Notes under the pieces: model-generated
Told to the model about the DNA's origin: nothing
Seen by the model: the letters and a program-made list of their open reading frames with translations, nothing else
Databases searched by the model: none
Made by a program: the position numbers and the translations under genes
In this document: positions 8,690-17,980 of the stretch, piece by piece
How positions within the stretch are numbered: the first letter of the stretch is position 1
How the letters are laid out: the number at the start of each line of letters is the position of its first letter
DNA from: Candidatus Electronema halotolerans
GTDB taxonomy: Bacteria; Desulfobacterota; Desulfobulbia; Desulfobulbales; Desulfobulbaceae
DNA length: 32,000 nt
Assembly: GCA_942493095.1 (NCBI GenBank)
Contig: OW818675.1
Span: 2,340,001-2,372,000 of the forward strand
Reading direction: 5' to 3'

Positions 8690-9904
8690 TCATTTTTCAT
8701 GCAATGCCCGCAGGAGCTGCTCTTTAAATTTCTCTTCAAACTTTCCCGCAAGTTGGTTGCAGGTTCTGCCGCAGCGCAGGGCGATCAGGTCCAACGAGGG
8801 AATAATGTAGGCAAAATTGCCGCCAGAGCCAAAGATGCGCAGCGTGTCCGCTGGCAGGTCTTTGCCCAGCCAGCCGTCAGCATTGGAGCGCATGTTCGGA
8901 TAGTTGGGGCTGCGAAAGGTCCGTTCAATCCACTCCTTGGCGACAAGCTGACTGTCCTGCCAGCGGCCTTTGCGCAGCAGCAGCCAGCAGAAGCGGGCAT
9001 AATCTCTGGCCGTCATCCGCAGCCCTCCAGCAGTGAGCCAGCGGTACATCCCGCCGCCCGGCGGAGCGTGATAGGAAACGCCGTCAAAGCCGAGCGGCTC
9101 CAGCAGCCAGTACCAGAGGATGTCGTCAGGATTGTGGCCGGAAATATGCCGGAAGGCGATGCCGAGATGGGCAAAGCCGATGCTGCTGTATGCGCCCTGA
9201 TGCCTGCCCCAAGTCTCGCTGCCCCGCCATTGCTCCGGGTGGCCGGGATCAAAAAAAAGCCGCCCGCTTTTTGGATAGCGTGGATCATGACCAAGCACCC
9301 AAGCCGGGTAACTGGTCCACGTGTAGCGGCCTCTTTCCACTGCGATGCCGTCCACGTCTCTCTCCGGCATCAGACCGGAAATATGCTGAAAAACCTGCTC
9401 AAAGGTGATTTCAGCCTTGCGCGGGTCTGAGAGCGGCCAGCCATCGCTCATCCAGAGCCGGTCATAGAGCTTGCTCTGCTCGGACAGCTCATGCACTGGC
9501 AGCTCGCCCTTCCTCGCCTTGTCCATGAGAATGCCGAACAGGACATAAGCAAACGACTTGCCGTTCGAGGACAGATACTGCTGAAAGGTTCTTGATTCGG
9601 GCCGCAGATACCATTCCCCAACGATCCAGCCGTTTTTAATAACAATGACTGAGGAGTGATTGTGGTCATCATAGCCGGGAATAGCGCTGTTTGGCATGGA
9701 CATGCTGATTTTGCCAAGCCGCTGAAGCGCTTCATAATTCAGGCCCAGCGACTCGACAAATTCCTTGGAAGTGTTGGTCCGCCAGCCGCCCTGAGCGCGA
9801 GGCGGCGGGAAATACGCTTTTTTCTCGGCTGACTCCTGTTTGTTATCACAGGAGAAGAGCAGAAGAGTGAGAACAGGCAGGATGAACCAGAGACGGCGGG
9901 TCAT
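8690..9904 (-). CDS. Beta-lactamase-family serine hydrolase, lipoprotein
   Basis: 404 aa. Signal peptide with lipobox LLFSC. SxxK motif in the typical context (SNGKSFAYVLFGILMDKARKGEL). The start ATG overlaps the upstream ORF stop (ATGA at 9901-9904). Confidence 0.75.
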   Translation of the reverse strand: MTRRLWFILPVLTLLLFSCDNKQESAEKKAYFPPPRAQGGWRTNTSKEFVESLGLNYEALQRLGKISMSMPNSAIPGYDDHNHSSVIVIKNGWIVGEWYLRPESRTFQQYLSSNGKSFAYVLFGILMDKARKGELPVHELSEQSKLYDRLWMSDGWPLSDPRKAEITFEQVFQHISGLMPERDVDGIAVERGRYTWTSYPAWVLGHDPRYPKSGRLFFDPGHPEQWRGSETWGRHQGAYSSIGFAHLGIAFRHISGHNPDDILWYWLLEPLGFDGVSYHAPPGGGMYRWLTAGGLRMTARDYARFCWLLLRKGRWQDSQLVAKEWIERTFRSPNYPNMRSNADGWLGKDLPADTLRIFGSGGNFAYIIPSLDLIALRCGRTCNQLAGKFEEKFKEQLLRALHEK

Positions 9905-10362
9905 TTGCCTGCCGCCCGGATGGTGTAGGTGCCTTGGCGCGTCGCATTGTCAGGGCAACGGAGCTGCGCCTTGCCTGTTTCAGCAAGTTTGTCATTTCTG
10001 ATCATGCCGCTGCCATTCAATGTTATCAGGCAGGTTTCTTGCCCGGAAAGTGTGCAATTTCCGACATGCTTGGCAGCAAAATGAACAGACGTGCCGCTCT
10101 GTTTGCAAAGCATGATCGACTTGAGCTTGATCTTGCCATTGCCGCCGCTTATTTCTTCAGCCGTATCGCCATGAACAAAGAGCATGTCTTGAAACAGCTC
10201 CGGGGCAGCAGAACCATCCAAAGAAATTTCAAGCGTTCCTTTGTATGTTGCATTTGGACAAAGGATTTCCTTGCCTGAGTCCTCAGCAGCAATCAGGCAA
10301 TTTGCAGAGCAGCCTGCAAAGAGCAGGGCAAATAATGCTGTCCTTTTTGCTTGGCTTACAAT
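9901..10362 (-). pseudogene. Small Cys-rich lipoprotein gene whose 5' end is cut off by the IS630-family insertion
   Basis: The frame is open from inside the IS down to 9901. It encodes ..SQAKRTALFALLFAGCSANC.. (n-region, h-region and lipobox). There is no ATG/GTG/TTG between the upstream in-frame TAA (inside the IS) and the lipobox. The first canonical start (TTG at 10221) lies after the signal peptide. Confidence 0.55.
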
Positions 10363-10363
10363 A

Positions 10364-10390
10364 GCGGTTTCAGGTTGTATGGTTATCAGA
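10364..10390. repeat. Left terminal inverted repeat of the IS
   Basis: Left end TA-GCGGTTTCAGGTTGTATGGTTATCAGA versus reverse complement of the right end TA-GCGGTTTCGTATTGAACAGATATCAAA. With the TA included, 20 of 29 positions match by hand count. The first 10 are identical. Confidence 0.7.
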
Positions 10391-10447
10391 AAAAGATTAA
10401 ACTTGACTTGTCTGTTTTTTCCATTTTTTTACACACGGAGGTCTGCC

Positions 10448-11382
10448 ATGATTTATTCTATTGATTTCAGAAAGAAAGTCTTGTCTGTTTATGAAAAACA
10501 GAAATCATTGAGAAGAACTGCAGATTTGCTTGACGTTTCCTATAAATTTGTTCAAAGTCTTGTAAAAAGATGGAAGACTGAGGGGACGCTTGAGCCGAAG
10601 CCTCATAAAGGCGGAAATCCTCCGAAAATCAAGGAAGTTCATATGCCTTTTCTGACCAGCATGATTGATGACGAGAACGATCTTACGCTTGAAGAGATGT
10701 GTGATCGCTTATACGAGAAATTCAATTTAAAAATAGCACCTTCCACGCTGTGCGAAACTCTCGCCAGACTGAAAATCAGCCGGAAAAAAAAACTTTCCGC
10801 GATCCGGCGGCGTATAAAGAGGAAAATATAGCAAAGACAGTTAATTACCTTGCAGGCCTGCTCGAGGCTGACAAAAAGAATTTCATCTTTATTGATGAGA
10901 CAGGATGCTGTTTGAACATGTCGAGAAAATTTGCAAGATCAAGAAAAGGAACAAGAGCTTTTTCAAAAAGACCTTCAGGTAAAGGGAAAAGAATAAGCAT
11001 GATAGGAGCTGTAAAGTTTGGAAAAATATTGAAGTGCATGAAATTTAAAGGCACCATGACAGGAGATGTCTTTTATTTCTATATAAAAAATTATCTTTTG
11101 AAATATCTTGACAGCAGCAAGACAGTCGTTCTTGACAATGCCAGTCCTCATAAAAACAAAGAAGCTCTCGCTTTGATCAGAAGTACAGGAGCGAAGATCA
11201 TTTTCCTCCCTCCTTATCGTCCTGAACTGAACCCTATTGAATACTGCTGGTCAGTAATGAAAAACACTATAAGAAAATTGAAGCCGAGAACAGAGCGTGA
11301 GCTGATGGAAGCTTATGATATATCTCTGAAAACGGTTAAGTCAAAATCAATCAAATCGTTTTTCCGTCATTGCTGGGTTTGA
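10448..11382 (+). CDS. IS630-family transposase in two frames (orfA 10448-10831, orfB frame to 11382), joined by a -1 shift at an A9 run
   Basis: orfA is an HTH region (MIYSIDFRKKVLSVYEKQKSLRRTADLLDVSYKFVQSLVKRWK). orfB is the DDE core. The A9 tract at 10784-10792 lies in the 82-nt overlap. A -1 slip gives ..LKISRKKK(K)TFRDPAAYKEE.. and a fused product of about 310 aa. The ATG at 10448 is preceded by GGAGG. Confidence 0.8.
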
Positions 11383-13007
11383 TATCTGTTCAATACGAAA
11401 CCGCTAAAATAAAAATCCACGCATCTGGCAATCTCCTCCTCCTGCCGCTCTGTGCTCCAGTTGAGCAGTCCGCCCATCAGCGCGGCGCAGGCGGCAAGGA
11501 TTTCCGGCTTGGGCTGTTCACCTGAGCCAAGAACAGTGCGCCGCCGCACCGCATCATCGAGCCGCACCGCCATTTCCTCGTTGACCGCATAAGCTATTTC
11601 CGCCTCCAGCACCTCATCTGAACCTGTGACTGGCTGGAGCAGGTCAGCATAATGCACTATTTCTTTATAGGATGAGCCGTAATTGTTGAGCAGATGCTGG
11701 GCGGTCTTTTCCTTGAGGCCAGTTTCGGTCATGAGCTGCGGCAGGTTTTCTTCACAGAAATCAGTGAAGCTGTCCATCATGCCGCCTTCAAGAGGCAGCT
11801 CGGCAGTTCGTGAGGCGTTAAACGGCTTGCCAGTTTTGCGAAAATAACGGTCAATGCTTTTCTGGCCAATATCCCGTGCTGTGGTGTATTTGACCGGCTG
11901 CAAGGAGAGCAGATTGTCAATGCCTCCCTGCTGATGATCAAGCAGTTTGAAGTCTCCATCCGGCTTGAAGCGGCCAGGGACAAAGCCTTTGTGAACAAGG
12001 CAGACATCTTCTCTGCGAAGTGGCTTGCCCGGATAAACCTTGTTGATGCGGTGCAGGAACTGCTCAATTTCCTCCCCACTGACCCGGAGCTTTTCCGGCT
12101 CGTTCTGCCACGCCGCCTCGTCCGTGCCGATCATCCAGTATCCCCGCCACGGAACAAAGAAAAAGGCCCGTTCATGATCAAACAGCCCCACCGCCTGTTT
12201 GCCGGGAAACAGGATTCTTTTAGTGACGAGATTCATCACCCGGCACTGGGGCAGTTCCCGTTCTTGCAACGAGGGCAGCAGGTTGAGCAGTTTGCCTGCC
12301 CATGCTCCGGCGGCATTGATGACAAAATCAGCCGAGATGGTGAATTCATTGCCGTGCAGCGCATCCTGCACCTGCACTCCCTTAATCTTATTATTCTTGA
12401 GGTCAAAGCCGACTGCCGGACAGTAGTTGAGCGCATCCAGCCCATGCGCCACGGCTGAATGGAGAAAGGCAAGGCCGAGCCGTTCTGAATTAACTGCCAT
12501 GCCGTCGTGCCAAATTGCCGCGCCAGTATAGGCGGTTTGGACGAATTCCTCGCCCAGCAGGCGAATCAGTTCCTGTTTCGAGAGAATGCTGCCCATCGGA
12601 ATCTGCTTGTCCGGCGGCAGCCCTTTGCTGCGGTCAAAGGTGATCAGGCTGTTGACCGCAAGCCCGGCGCACAATCCGGGCCGACTGCGCAGACTGGGCA
12701 GGGATTCAGTCGGCAGCACGCAGGTGAGCGGCTGCACCAGATGCGGGGCGATCTTGAGCAGGGTTCGCCGCTCCCGGCTTGATTCGCGGATGCGTTGCAG
12801 ATTGGCCTGCTGCAAATACCGGAAGCCGCCGTGAATGATTTTCAGCGAATTGGAGGAAGTCTGGCTCATGAAGTCTGAGGCTTCCACCAGACAGGTTTTC
12901 AGCCCCCGGCTGGCCGCCTCATAAGCGGTGGCAATGCCGTTTATGCCGCCGCCGATCACGACTATCTCATAATGGGTGCGGGCAACGTGTTCAGGATTTC
13001 TTTGCAT
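11367..13007 (-). CDS. FAD-dependent glycerol-3-phosphate dehydrogenase/oxidase family protein (GlpD/GlpA-like); last 12 codons are IS-derived
   Basis: 546 aa. N-terminal dinucleotide fold YEIVVIGGGINGIATAYEAASRGL, then SSNSLKIIHGGFRYL. The C-terminal SGFVLNRYQTQQ and the stop are encoded by the right inverted repeat of the IS. Confidence 0.8.
   Translation of the reverse strand: MQRNPEHVARTHYEIVVIGGGINGIATAYEAASRGLKTCLVEASDFMSQTSSNSLKIIHGGFRYLQQANLQRIRESSRERRTLLKIAPHLVQPLTCVLPTESLPSLRSRPGLCAGLAVNSLITFDRSKGLPPDKQIPMGSILSKQELIRLLGEEFVQTAYTGAAIWHDGMAVNSERLGLAFLHSAVAHGLDALNYCPAVGFDLKNNKIKGVQVQDALHGNEFTISADFVINAAGAWAGKLLNLLPSLQERELPQCRVMNLVTKRILFPGKQAVGLFDHERAFFFVPWRGYWMIGTDEAAWQNEPEKLRVSGEEIEQFLHRINKVYPGKPLRREDVCLVHKGFVPGRFKPDGDFKLLDHQQGGIDNLLSLQPVKYTTARDIGQKSIDRYFRKTGKPFNASRTAELPLEGGMMDSFTDFCEENLPQLMTETGLKEKTAQHLLNNYGSSYKEIVHYADLLQPVTGSDEVLEAEIAYAVNEEMAVRLDDAVRRRTVLGSGEQPKPEILAACAALMGGLLNWSTERQEEEIARCVDFYFSGFVLNRYQTQQ
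11378..11404. repeat. Right terminal inverted repeat of the IS
   Basis: Partner of 10364-10390 (see that entry). The transposase stop codon (11380-11382) lies inside it. Confidence 0.7.
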
Positions 13008-13010
13008 GAT

Positions 13011-14207
13011 TCAAGCGGTGAGCTGCGGCGGCAGATTTTTGCCAGCATTGATGTGCTGCATCATCTCGTTGTAAAAGGTCATGATTTTCTGTTCATAAGC
13101 TGGACGGCAGTATTCCGCTGCTGCTTTTTCCTTGGCCCGGACGGCCCGGCGGCCTGCCTCTTCGCTGTCAGAGAATATCTGCTGCAAGGCCGCCGCCATG
13201 TCTGCGGTTTCAGGAGCGGCAAGAAAGGCGATGCTCTCATCTAATACTTGCGTATGGCTGACAATCTTTGTCGCCAAGATCGGTTTGCCGGAATCCATGT
13301 AGGAATAAATCTTCATCGGCGTGTTTTCGCCTTCGGTGCGCGGCGAAACCAGCACATCTGCCTGCCGCAGATACATGGCCAAATCAGCAGAAGGACGCGG
13401 GCCGATGAAAAAGGTGCGGCTGCCGATGCCGAGCTGCCGGGCCATTTCTGTATAATGCTGGATATGTTTTGCCGTGCCGCCGATGACCACCAAGCTGGCC
13501 GGAAAGGCCGCCGGATCAAGCAGGGCAAAGGATTCCAAGAGCAGGGCAATACCCTGATACCGCTCCAGATTACCGACATAGAGCACTAATTTGCCTTGGC
13601 AGCCGAATTTTTCCCGCAGCAATTCAGGCAGAGTCGTGCTGTCTTCCTGAAGCAGGCTGATGTCCTCCAGCCGGAGGAGCGGCTTGGCCGGAGCAAAACT
13701 TCTGATTTTATCTTCAATCGCCTTGCAGACCGGAATCACGCCGCTGCTGTGACGGACTGCGCTTTTTTCAAAAAACTCAAAGAATCTCCTCAACGGGGCG
13801 AGAAAAGTAAGTTTGGCCAAGAGCTGATCGCTCATCCATGAATCCAGATCATAAATATAGGGAATATCAAAAAACATCCCCAAGAGCATGGCAATGAAGA
13901 CCGACTCCTCCACCGCATGAACCAGATCAAATCTGTCTTTCCGCCGCAGCCAGAATGATTCAGCGGTCATAAGGACATCGCTGAACAGTTTTTTCAGGGA
14001 AAAACCGGGCGGCACCGAGCCAAGACCGGGCAGGGCGGGAATTCGGTGAATGGTCACATGATCCATGACCAAATTTTCGCCTTCGCAGAAAACAAGCAGA
14101 TGAACATCATGCCCCATTTTACCAAGGGTTTCCGCCATCAAGCGGACAGCTATCGGCGTGCCTCGGTTTTGAAAAAACGGCTGCGGCGCGAGCAGGAGAA
14201 TTTTCAT
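13011..14207 (-). CDS. Glycosyltransferase, GT4 (group 1) family
   Basis: 398 aa. Begins MKILLLAPQPFFQNRGTPIAVR, as in GT-B enzymes. The C-terminal half has ADVLVSPRTEGENTPMKIYSYMDSGKPILAT (EX7E-type region). The stop lies 3 nt before the glpD-like start. Confidence 0.8.
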   Translation of the reverse strand: MKILLLAPQPFFQNRGTPIAVRLMAETLGKMGHDVHLLVFCEGENLVMDHVTIHRIPALPGLGSVPPGFSLKKLFSDVLMTAESFWLRRKDRFDLVHAVEESVFIAMLLGMFFDIPYIYDLDSWMSDQLLAKLTFLAPLRRFFEFFEKSAVRHSSGVIPVCKAIEDKIRSFAPAKPLLRLEDISLLQEDSTTLPELLREKFGCQGKLVLYVGNLERYQGIALLLESFALLDPAAFPASLVVIGGTAKHIQHYTEMARQLGIGSRTFFIGPRPSADLAMYLRQADVLVSPRTEGENTPMKIYSYMDSGKPILATKIVSHTQVLDESIAFLAAPETADMAAALQQIFSDSEEAGRRAVRAKEKAAAEYCRPAYEQKIMTFYNEMMQHINAGKNLPPQLTA

Positions 14208-14944
14208 CAGTGCCCTCCTTTGTCAACCCTGAGAATAATTGGCGAGCCAAAGAGCCGGGTCAGGCCGCAGGCGCGGCAGCAGCTCTCCAGCCAACGGGAA
14301 ATGCCAGCAGAACCGAGCTTGCGATGCAGGACCATGGGCAGAAAAAATTCCGGGACAAGCTGCGGCTGGCCCAGTCCGTGCCGGGCAAATTCTTGGATGA
14401 TCTCCTTTCTGCTGAAAAGGCCAAATGTTCTTGTATTCCCTTCCAGCTTTTTTTTCAAGCGGAAAAAAAGAAAATTCAGGATGTTGCTGCTGCGGATGTC
14501 GGGATAGTCAATGATGACTGCTTTGGCGGCCACCCGCGCCAGCTCGGCCAAGAGCAGTGGCCAGCGGTCAACATGCGGCACCAGGCGGAAGGCGATGACC
14601 ACGTCAAAGGAATTGTCAGGAAAAGGAAGCTGGAGCATGTCACAGGTCTGATAGGCATAGCTGCCTTCAGGCAGCCGCTGCGCCAGTCGGGTCTGGCAGC
14701 TTGCGTCGCTGCCAGTCACTGTCACCTTGCAGCCTCGTTCTGCCAGCGGCACAGCGAGCTGGGCATGGCCGCCGCCGACATCCAGCACCGTTGCGCCCGG
14801 ACCAAAGTCGGGCCGGAGCAAGTCAAGGAGAATATCTACTTGAATCTGGAGAAAATATGCGCCGACTGGCCCGGCAAAGCGGCGGGCGTAATCTTCTGAG
14901 GCGGTTTCAATATCAGCGGTTTCGAGAAAGCGCGAAGGCTCCAT
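14207..14944 (-). CDS. Class I SAM-dependent methyltransferase
   Basis: 245 aa. Motif I VLDVGGGHAQLAVPLAERG and a post-I acidic residue. FDVVIAFRLVPHV is also present. The stop overlaps the GT4 start (TGATG). Confidence 0.8.
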   Translation of the reverse strand: MEPSRFLETADIETASEDYARRFAGPVGAYFLQIQVDILLDLLRPDFGPGATVLDVGGGHAQLAVPLAERGCKVTVTGSDASCQTRLAQRLPEGSYAYQTCDMLQLPFPDNSFDVVIAFRLVPHVDRWPLLLAELARVAAKAVIIDYPDIRSSNILNFLFFRLKKKLEGNTRTFGLFSRKEIIQEFARHGLGQPQLVPEFFLPMVLHRKLGSAGISRWLESCCRACGLTRLFGSPIILRVDKGGH

Positions 14945-15246
14945 GAGGGGTCACACGTTGATTTCCTGCGCTGCCTGCCAGCATGAACAGCGTGTTTCGC
15001 TCTTGGTTTCAGGCTCTTTTCAGCCTGTTCGGCAGGCTCACGAGATGATCAATATCTCCGCCGCAGCCCTTCTTGTCAAGAAAAACCTGTCATTATCCGC
15101 CGCTGCAAAAAAATATTGCAGCCAGTGAATCTTCCTCCAGTTACAGCAGTTTTTCCGGGTGATCTTTCGCTTGATCTGGTATTATTTGCTGTCAAGTCTG
15201 AACCGGAGGAAGCTCAAGATCAACAAAAACACAGACCTGCTCAACC

Positions 15247-16968
15247 ATGCGCTACTCGCAACTGCTCATCCCCACTGCTAAAGAAATGCCTGCTGAGGCC
15301 GAAGTCATCAGCCACCAGCTCCTGCTGCGGGCTGGCTTCATTCGTAAACTCACCTCCGGTCTCTACACCTATCTGCCGCTTGGCGTGGCGGCCCTGAAAA
15401 AAGTCGAAAACATTGTCCGTGAAGAAATGAACCGGGCCGGGGCGCAGGAAATCCTCATGCCTATGGTTCAGCCTGCCGACCTCTGGCAGGAATCAGGCCG
15501 CTGGCAGCAGTACGGGCCAGAGCTGCTCCGCTTCAAAGACCGCCACGAGCGCGACTGCTGCCTTGGCCCGACCCACGAGGAGGTGGTCACAGATGTGGCC
15601 CGGCGTGAAATTCACTCCTATCGTCAGCTCCCGGTCAATCTCTACCAGATACAGACCAAGTTCCGCGATGAAATCCGCCCTCGCTTCGGCCTGATGCGCG
15701 GGCGCGAGTTTGTCATGAAGGATGCCTATTCCTTTGATGCCAGCGAGGAGGGCGCGGAGGAGAGCTACCGCAAGATGCGTGAGGCGTATATCCGCATCTT
15801 CACTCGCTGCGGCTTGGAGTTCCGGGCCGTGGAGGCCGACTCCGGCAGCATTGGCGGTTCTTTCTCGCATGAATTCATGGTGTTAGCCAAGACTGGCGAG
15901 GACACGCTGGTCATCTGCCAGAGTTGCGACTATGCCGCCAATCTCGAAAAGGCCAAGGCCGCGTCGCCGGAACAGCCGCAGACTGCTGAAGAACTGCTCG
16001 ACTGTGTGAAAGTCTCCACGCCGGGCATGAAGAAGGTGGACCGGGTGGCCGAGTTTCTTGGCCTTTCAACGCAACAAGTGATCAAAACCATGATTTACTT
16101 GGCGGACGGCGAGCTGGTGGCAGTCTTGGTGCGCGGCGACCGTGAAGTGCAGCCGGTCAAGCTCAAGAACCTGCTGAACGTGACTGAGGTGGAGCTGGCT
16201 GATGATGACACGGTCTGGCAGAAAAGCAAGCTGCCAGTCGGCTATATCGGGCCGGTCGGCCTGTCGCTCAAGTTTGTCGCGGATCAGGAGGTGATGCAGA
16301 TGGTCAACGCCGCTGCCGGAGCCAACGAGAAAGGCTTCCATCTGACTGGAGTCAATCCGGGCCGTGATTTCACCCCTGCTTTGGTCGGCGACCTGCGTCA
16401 AGTCACGGCTGACGACCGCTGCCCGCTCTGTGGCGGCAGCCTGCGTCTGACCGAGGGCATTGAGGTCGGCCACATCTTCAAGCTGGGCACCAAGTATTCC
16501 GAGACCATGAAGGCGACCTTCCAAGACGCGGAGGGCCAGGAGAAAACCATGATCATGGGCTGTTACGGCATCGGGGTGAGCCGGGTGGTGGCTGCGGCCA
16601 TAGAGCAGAATCATGATGAGAACGGCATCATCTTCCCTCTGCCGCTGGCCCCGGTGCAGGTGATCATCCTCAATCTTGACCTGAAAAATGAGGCGATCAC
16701 TGCCGCTGCCGAGCAGCTTCATCAGGACTTGGAGGCAGCAGGCATTGAGGTGCTCTATGACGACCGCGACGAGCGGCCTGGCTCCAAGTTCAAGGACTCG
16801 GATTTGCTCGGCATCCCCTTTCGGGTGACAGTGGGCAAGGGCTTTGCCAAGGACGGCAGTGTGGAGCTGCGCGCCCGCCGCAGCGGCGAGACCGTCCTCC
16901 TGCCGCACAGGCAGGCAGCCGCCGAGATTGCCGCCAAGATCAAGGCTGAACTGGTCTCAGCAGCATGA
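15247..16968 (+). CDS. proS: Proline--tRNA ligase (bacterial type with editing insertion)
   Basis: 573 aa. [35 protein letters not shown], class II motifs ([17 protein letters not shown]) and a C-terminal anticodon-binding domain. Confidence 0.95.
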   Translation: MRYSQLLIPTAKEMPAEAEVISHQLLLRAGFIRKLTSGLYTYLPLGVAALKKVENIVREEMNRAGAQEILMPMVQPADLWQESGRWQQYGPELLRFKDRHERDCCLGPTHEEVVTDVARREIHSYRQLPVNLYQIQTKFRDEIRPRFGLMRGREFVMKDAYSFDASEEGAEESYRKMREAYIRIFTRCGLEFRAVEADSGSIGGSFSHEFMVLAKTGEDTLVICQSCDYAANLEKAKAASPEQPQTAEELLDCVKVSTPGMKKVDRVAEFLGLSTQQVIKTMIYLADGELVAVLVRGDREVQPVKLKNLLNVTEVELADDDTVWQKSKLPVGYIGPVGLSLKFVADQEVMQMVNAAAGANEKGFHLTGVNPGRDFTPALVGDLRQVTADDRCPLCGGSLRLTEGIEVGHIFKLGTKYSETMKATFQDAEGQEKTMIMGCYGIGVSRVVAAAIEQNHDENGIIFPLPLAPVQVIILNLDLKNEAITAAAEQLHQDLEAAGIEVLYDDRDERPGSKFKDSDLLGIPFRVTVGKGFAKDGSVELRARRSGETVLLPHRQAAAEIAAKIKAELVSAA

Positions 16969-17010
16969 CTGAGCAGATAATAAGTCCCCATTTCTTATAG
17001 TGTTCTATTC

Positions 17011-17949
17011 ATGAGCAAAATATGGCTGGCATTGCTTGCCGGAGGCACTTCCGGTGAACGCGAGATATCTTTGAAAGGGGCCGCAGGCGTGGAGCAGGCC
17101 TTAAACAAAGACAAATACGAGGTGCTGCGTTATGATCCGGCTACGGATTTGGCCCGGCTGGCCGCAGATGCGGACAAGCTGGATGCAGCCTTCATTCTTC
17201 TCCACGGCCTGCACGGCGAGGACGGCACAGTGCAGGGGATGCTGGATCTGCTCGGCATTCCCTATCAAGGTTCCGGGGTGCTGGGCAGCGCGCTGGCGAT
17301 GGACAAGCATCTGGCCAAGACCCTGTACAAGCTGCACGGCCTGCCAGTGGCGGCGTGGGAAATGGCGGCCAAGGACGATGTTGACGATCCTGCGCCGCTC
17401 TTAGCCAAGCTGGCTCTGCCTGTGGTGGTCAAGCCGGTGCGGCAGGGGTCATCGCTGGGCATGTCCATCGTCCGGCAGGCGGAGCGGCTTGCTCCTGCCC
17501 TTGCCAAGGCTTTTGCTCATGACAGTCAGGTGATGGTGGAGGAGTTCATCCAAGGCCGGGAAATCACGGTCGGGGTGCTGGGCAATGCGGAACTGATGGC
17601 CCTGCCTTTGGTGGAGGTCATCCCGGACAGCCGCTATGATTTTTTTGACTATGAGGCCAAATACACGCCCGGCGCGACACGGGAGGTCTGCCCGGCGGAA
17701 GTGGAGGATGCGATTCGCGACAAGGCGCAGGAATACGGTCTTTGGGCGCATAAGGCATTGCAGCTCCGGGGATGCAGCCGCACTGACATGATCGTCCGCG
17801 ACGATGGCGGCATTTTTTTGCTGGAGACCAACACCATTCCTGGCATGACTCCGACCAGCCTTCTGCCGCAAGCAGCGGCCCAAGCAGGGCTGGATTTTTC
17901 CGCGCTGTTGGACCGGCTGATTGAATTGGCAATGGAACGGCGGGATTGA
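17011..17949 (+). CDS. ddl: D-alanine--D-alanine ligase
   Basis: 312 aa. GGTSGEREISL, LHGLHGEDGTVQGMLDLLGIPYQGSGV, and ATP-grasp C-terminal LETNTIPGMT. Confidence 0.92.
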   Translation: MSKIWLALLAGGTSGEREISLKGAAGVEQALNKDKYEVLRYDPATDLARLAADADKLDAAFILLHGLHGEDGTVQGMLDLLGIPYQGSGVLGSALAMDKHLAKTLYKLHGLPVAAWEMAAKDDVDDPAPLLAKLALPVVVKPVRQGSSLGMSIVRQAERLAPALAKAFAHDSQVMVEEFIQGREITVGVLGNAELMALPLVEVIPDSRYDFFDYEAKYTPGATREVCPAEVEDAIRDKAQEYGLWAHKALQLRGCSRTDMIVRDDGGIFLLETNTIPGMTPTSLLPQAAAQAGLDFSALLDRLIELAMERRD

Positions 17950-17980
17950 TTGTGCTGTGTAACAAAGCAAATCTAAAAAT

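Larger units (their letters stand above)
10364..11404 (+). mobile_element. IS630-family (Tc1/mariner-like) insertion sequence, 1041 bp, flanked by TA on both sides
   Basis: TA lies at 10362-10363 and at 11405-11406. Imperfect terminal inverted repeats are present. The DDE transposase has DETG, LDNASPHK and PPYRPELNPIEYCW motifs. The block looks AT-rich relative to its flanks. Confidence 0.85.

Noticed and set aside
10241-10447. ORF-track start at 10241 for the transposase orfA (196 aa)
   Set aside because: The extension crosses the left IS boundary (10364) into the disrupted lipoprotein gene region. The ATG at 10448 has a GGAGG SD and begins the conserved HTH sequence.
15102-15122. Perfect 7-bp inverted repeat GCTGCAA-N7-TTGCAGC in the divergent methyltransferase/proS intergenic region
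   Set aside because: It could be an operator. But a single 7-bp palindrome in a 300-bp spacer is not far from chance expectation, and no second copy or adjacent regulator gene supports it.
16066-16908. 280-aa minus-strand ORF; similar cases at 22960-23760, 28978-29736, 30521-31279 and 17449-18021
   Set aside because: They are antisense to proS, nadA, pgk, tpiA and ddl. They are shadow ORFs for the same reasons.
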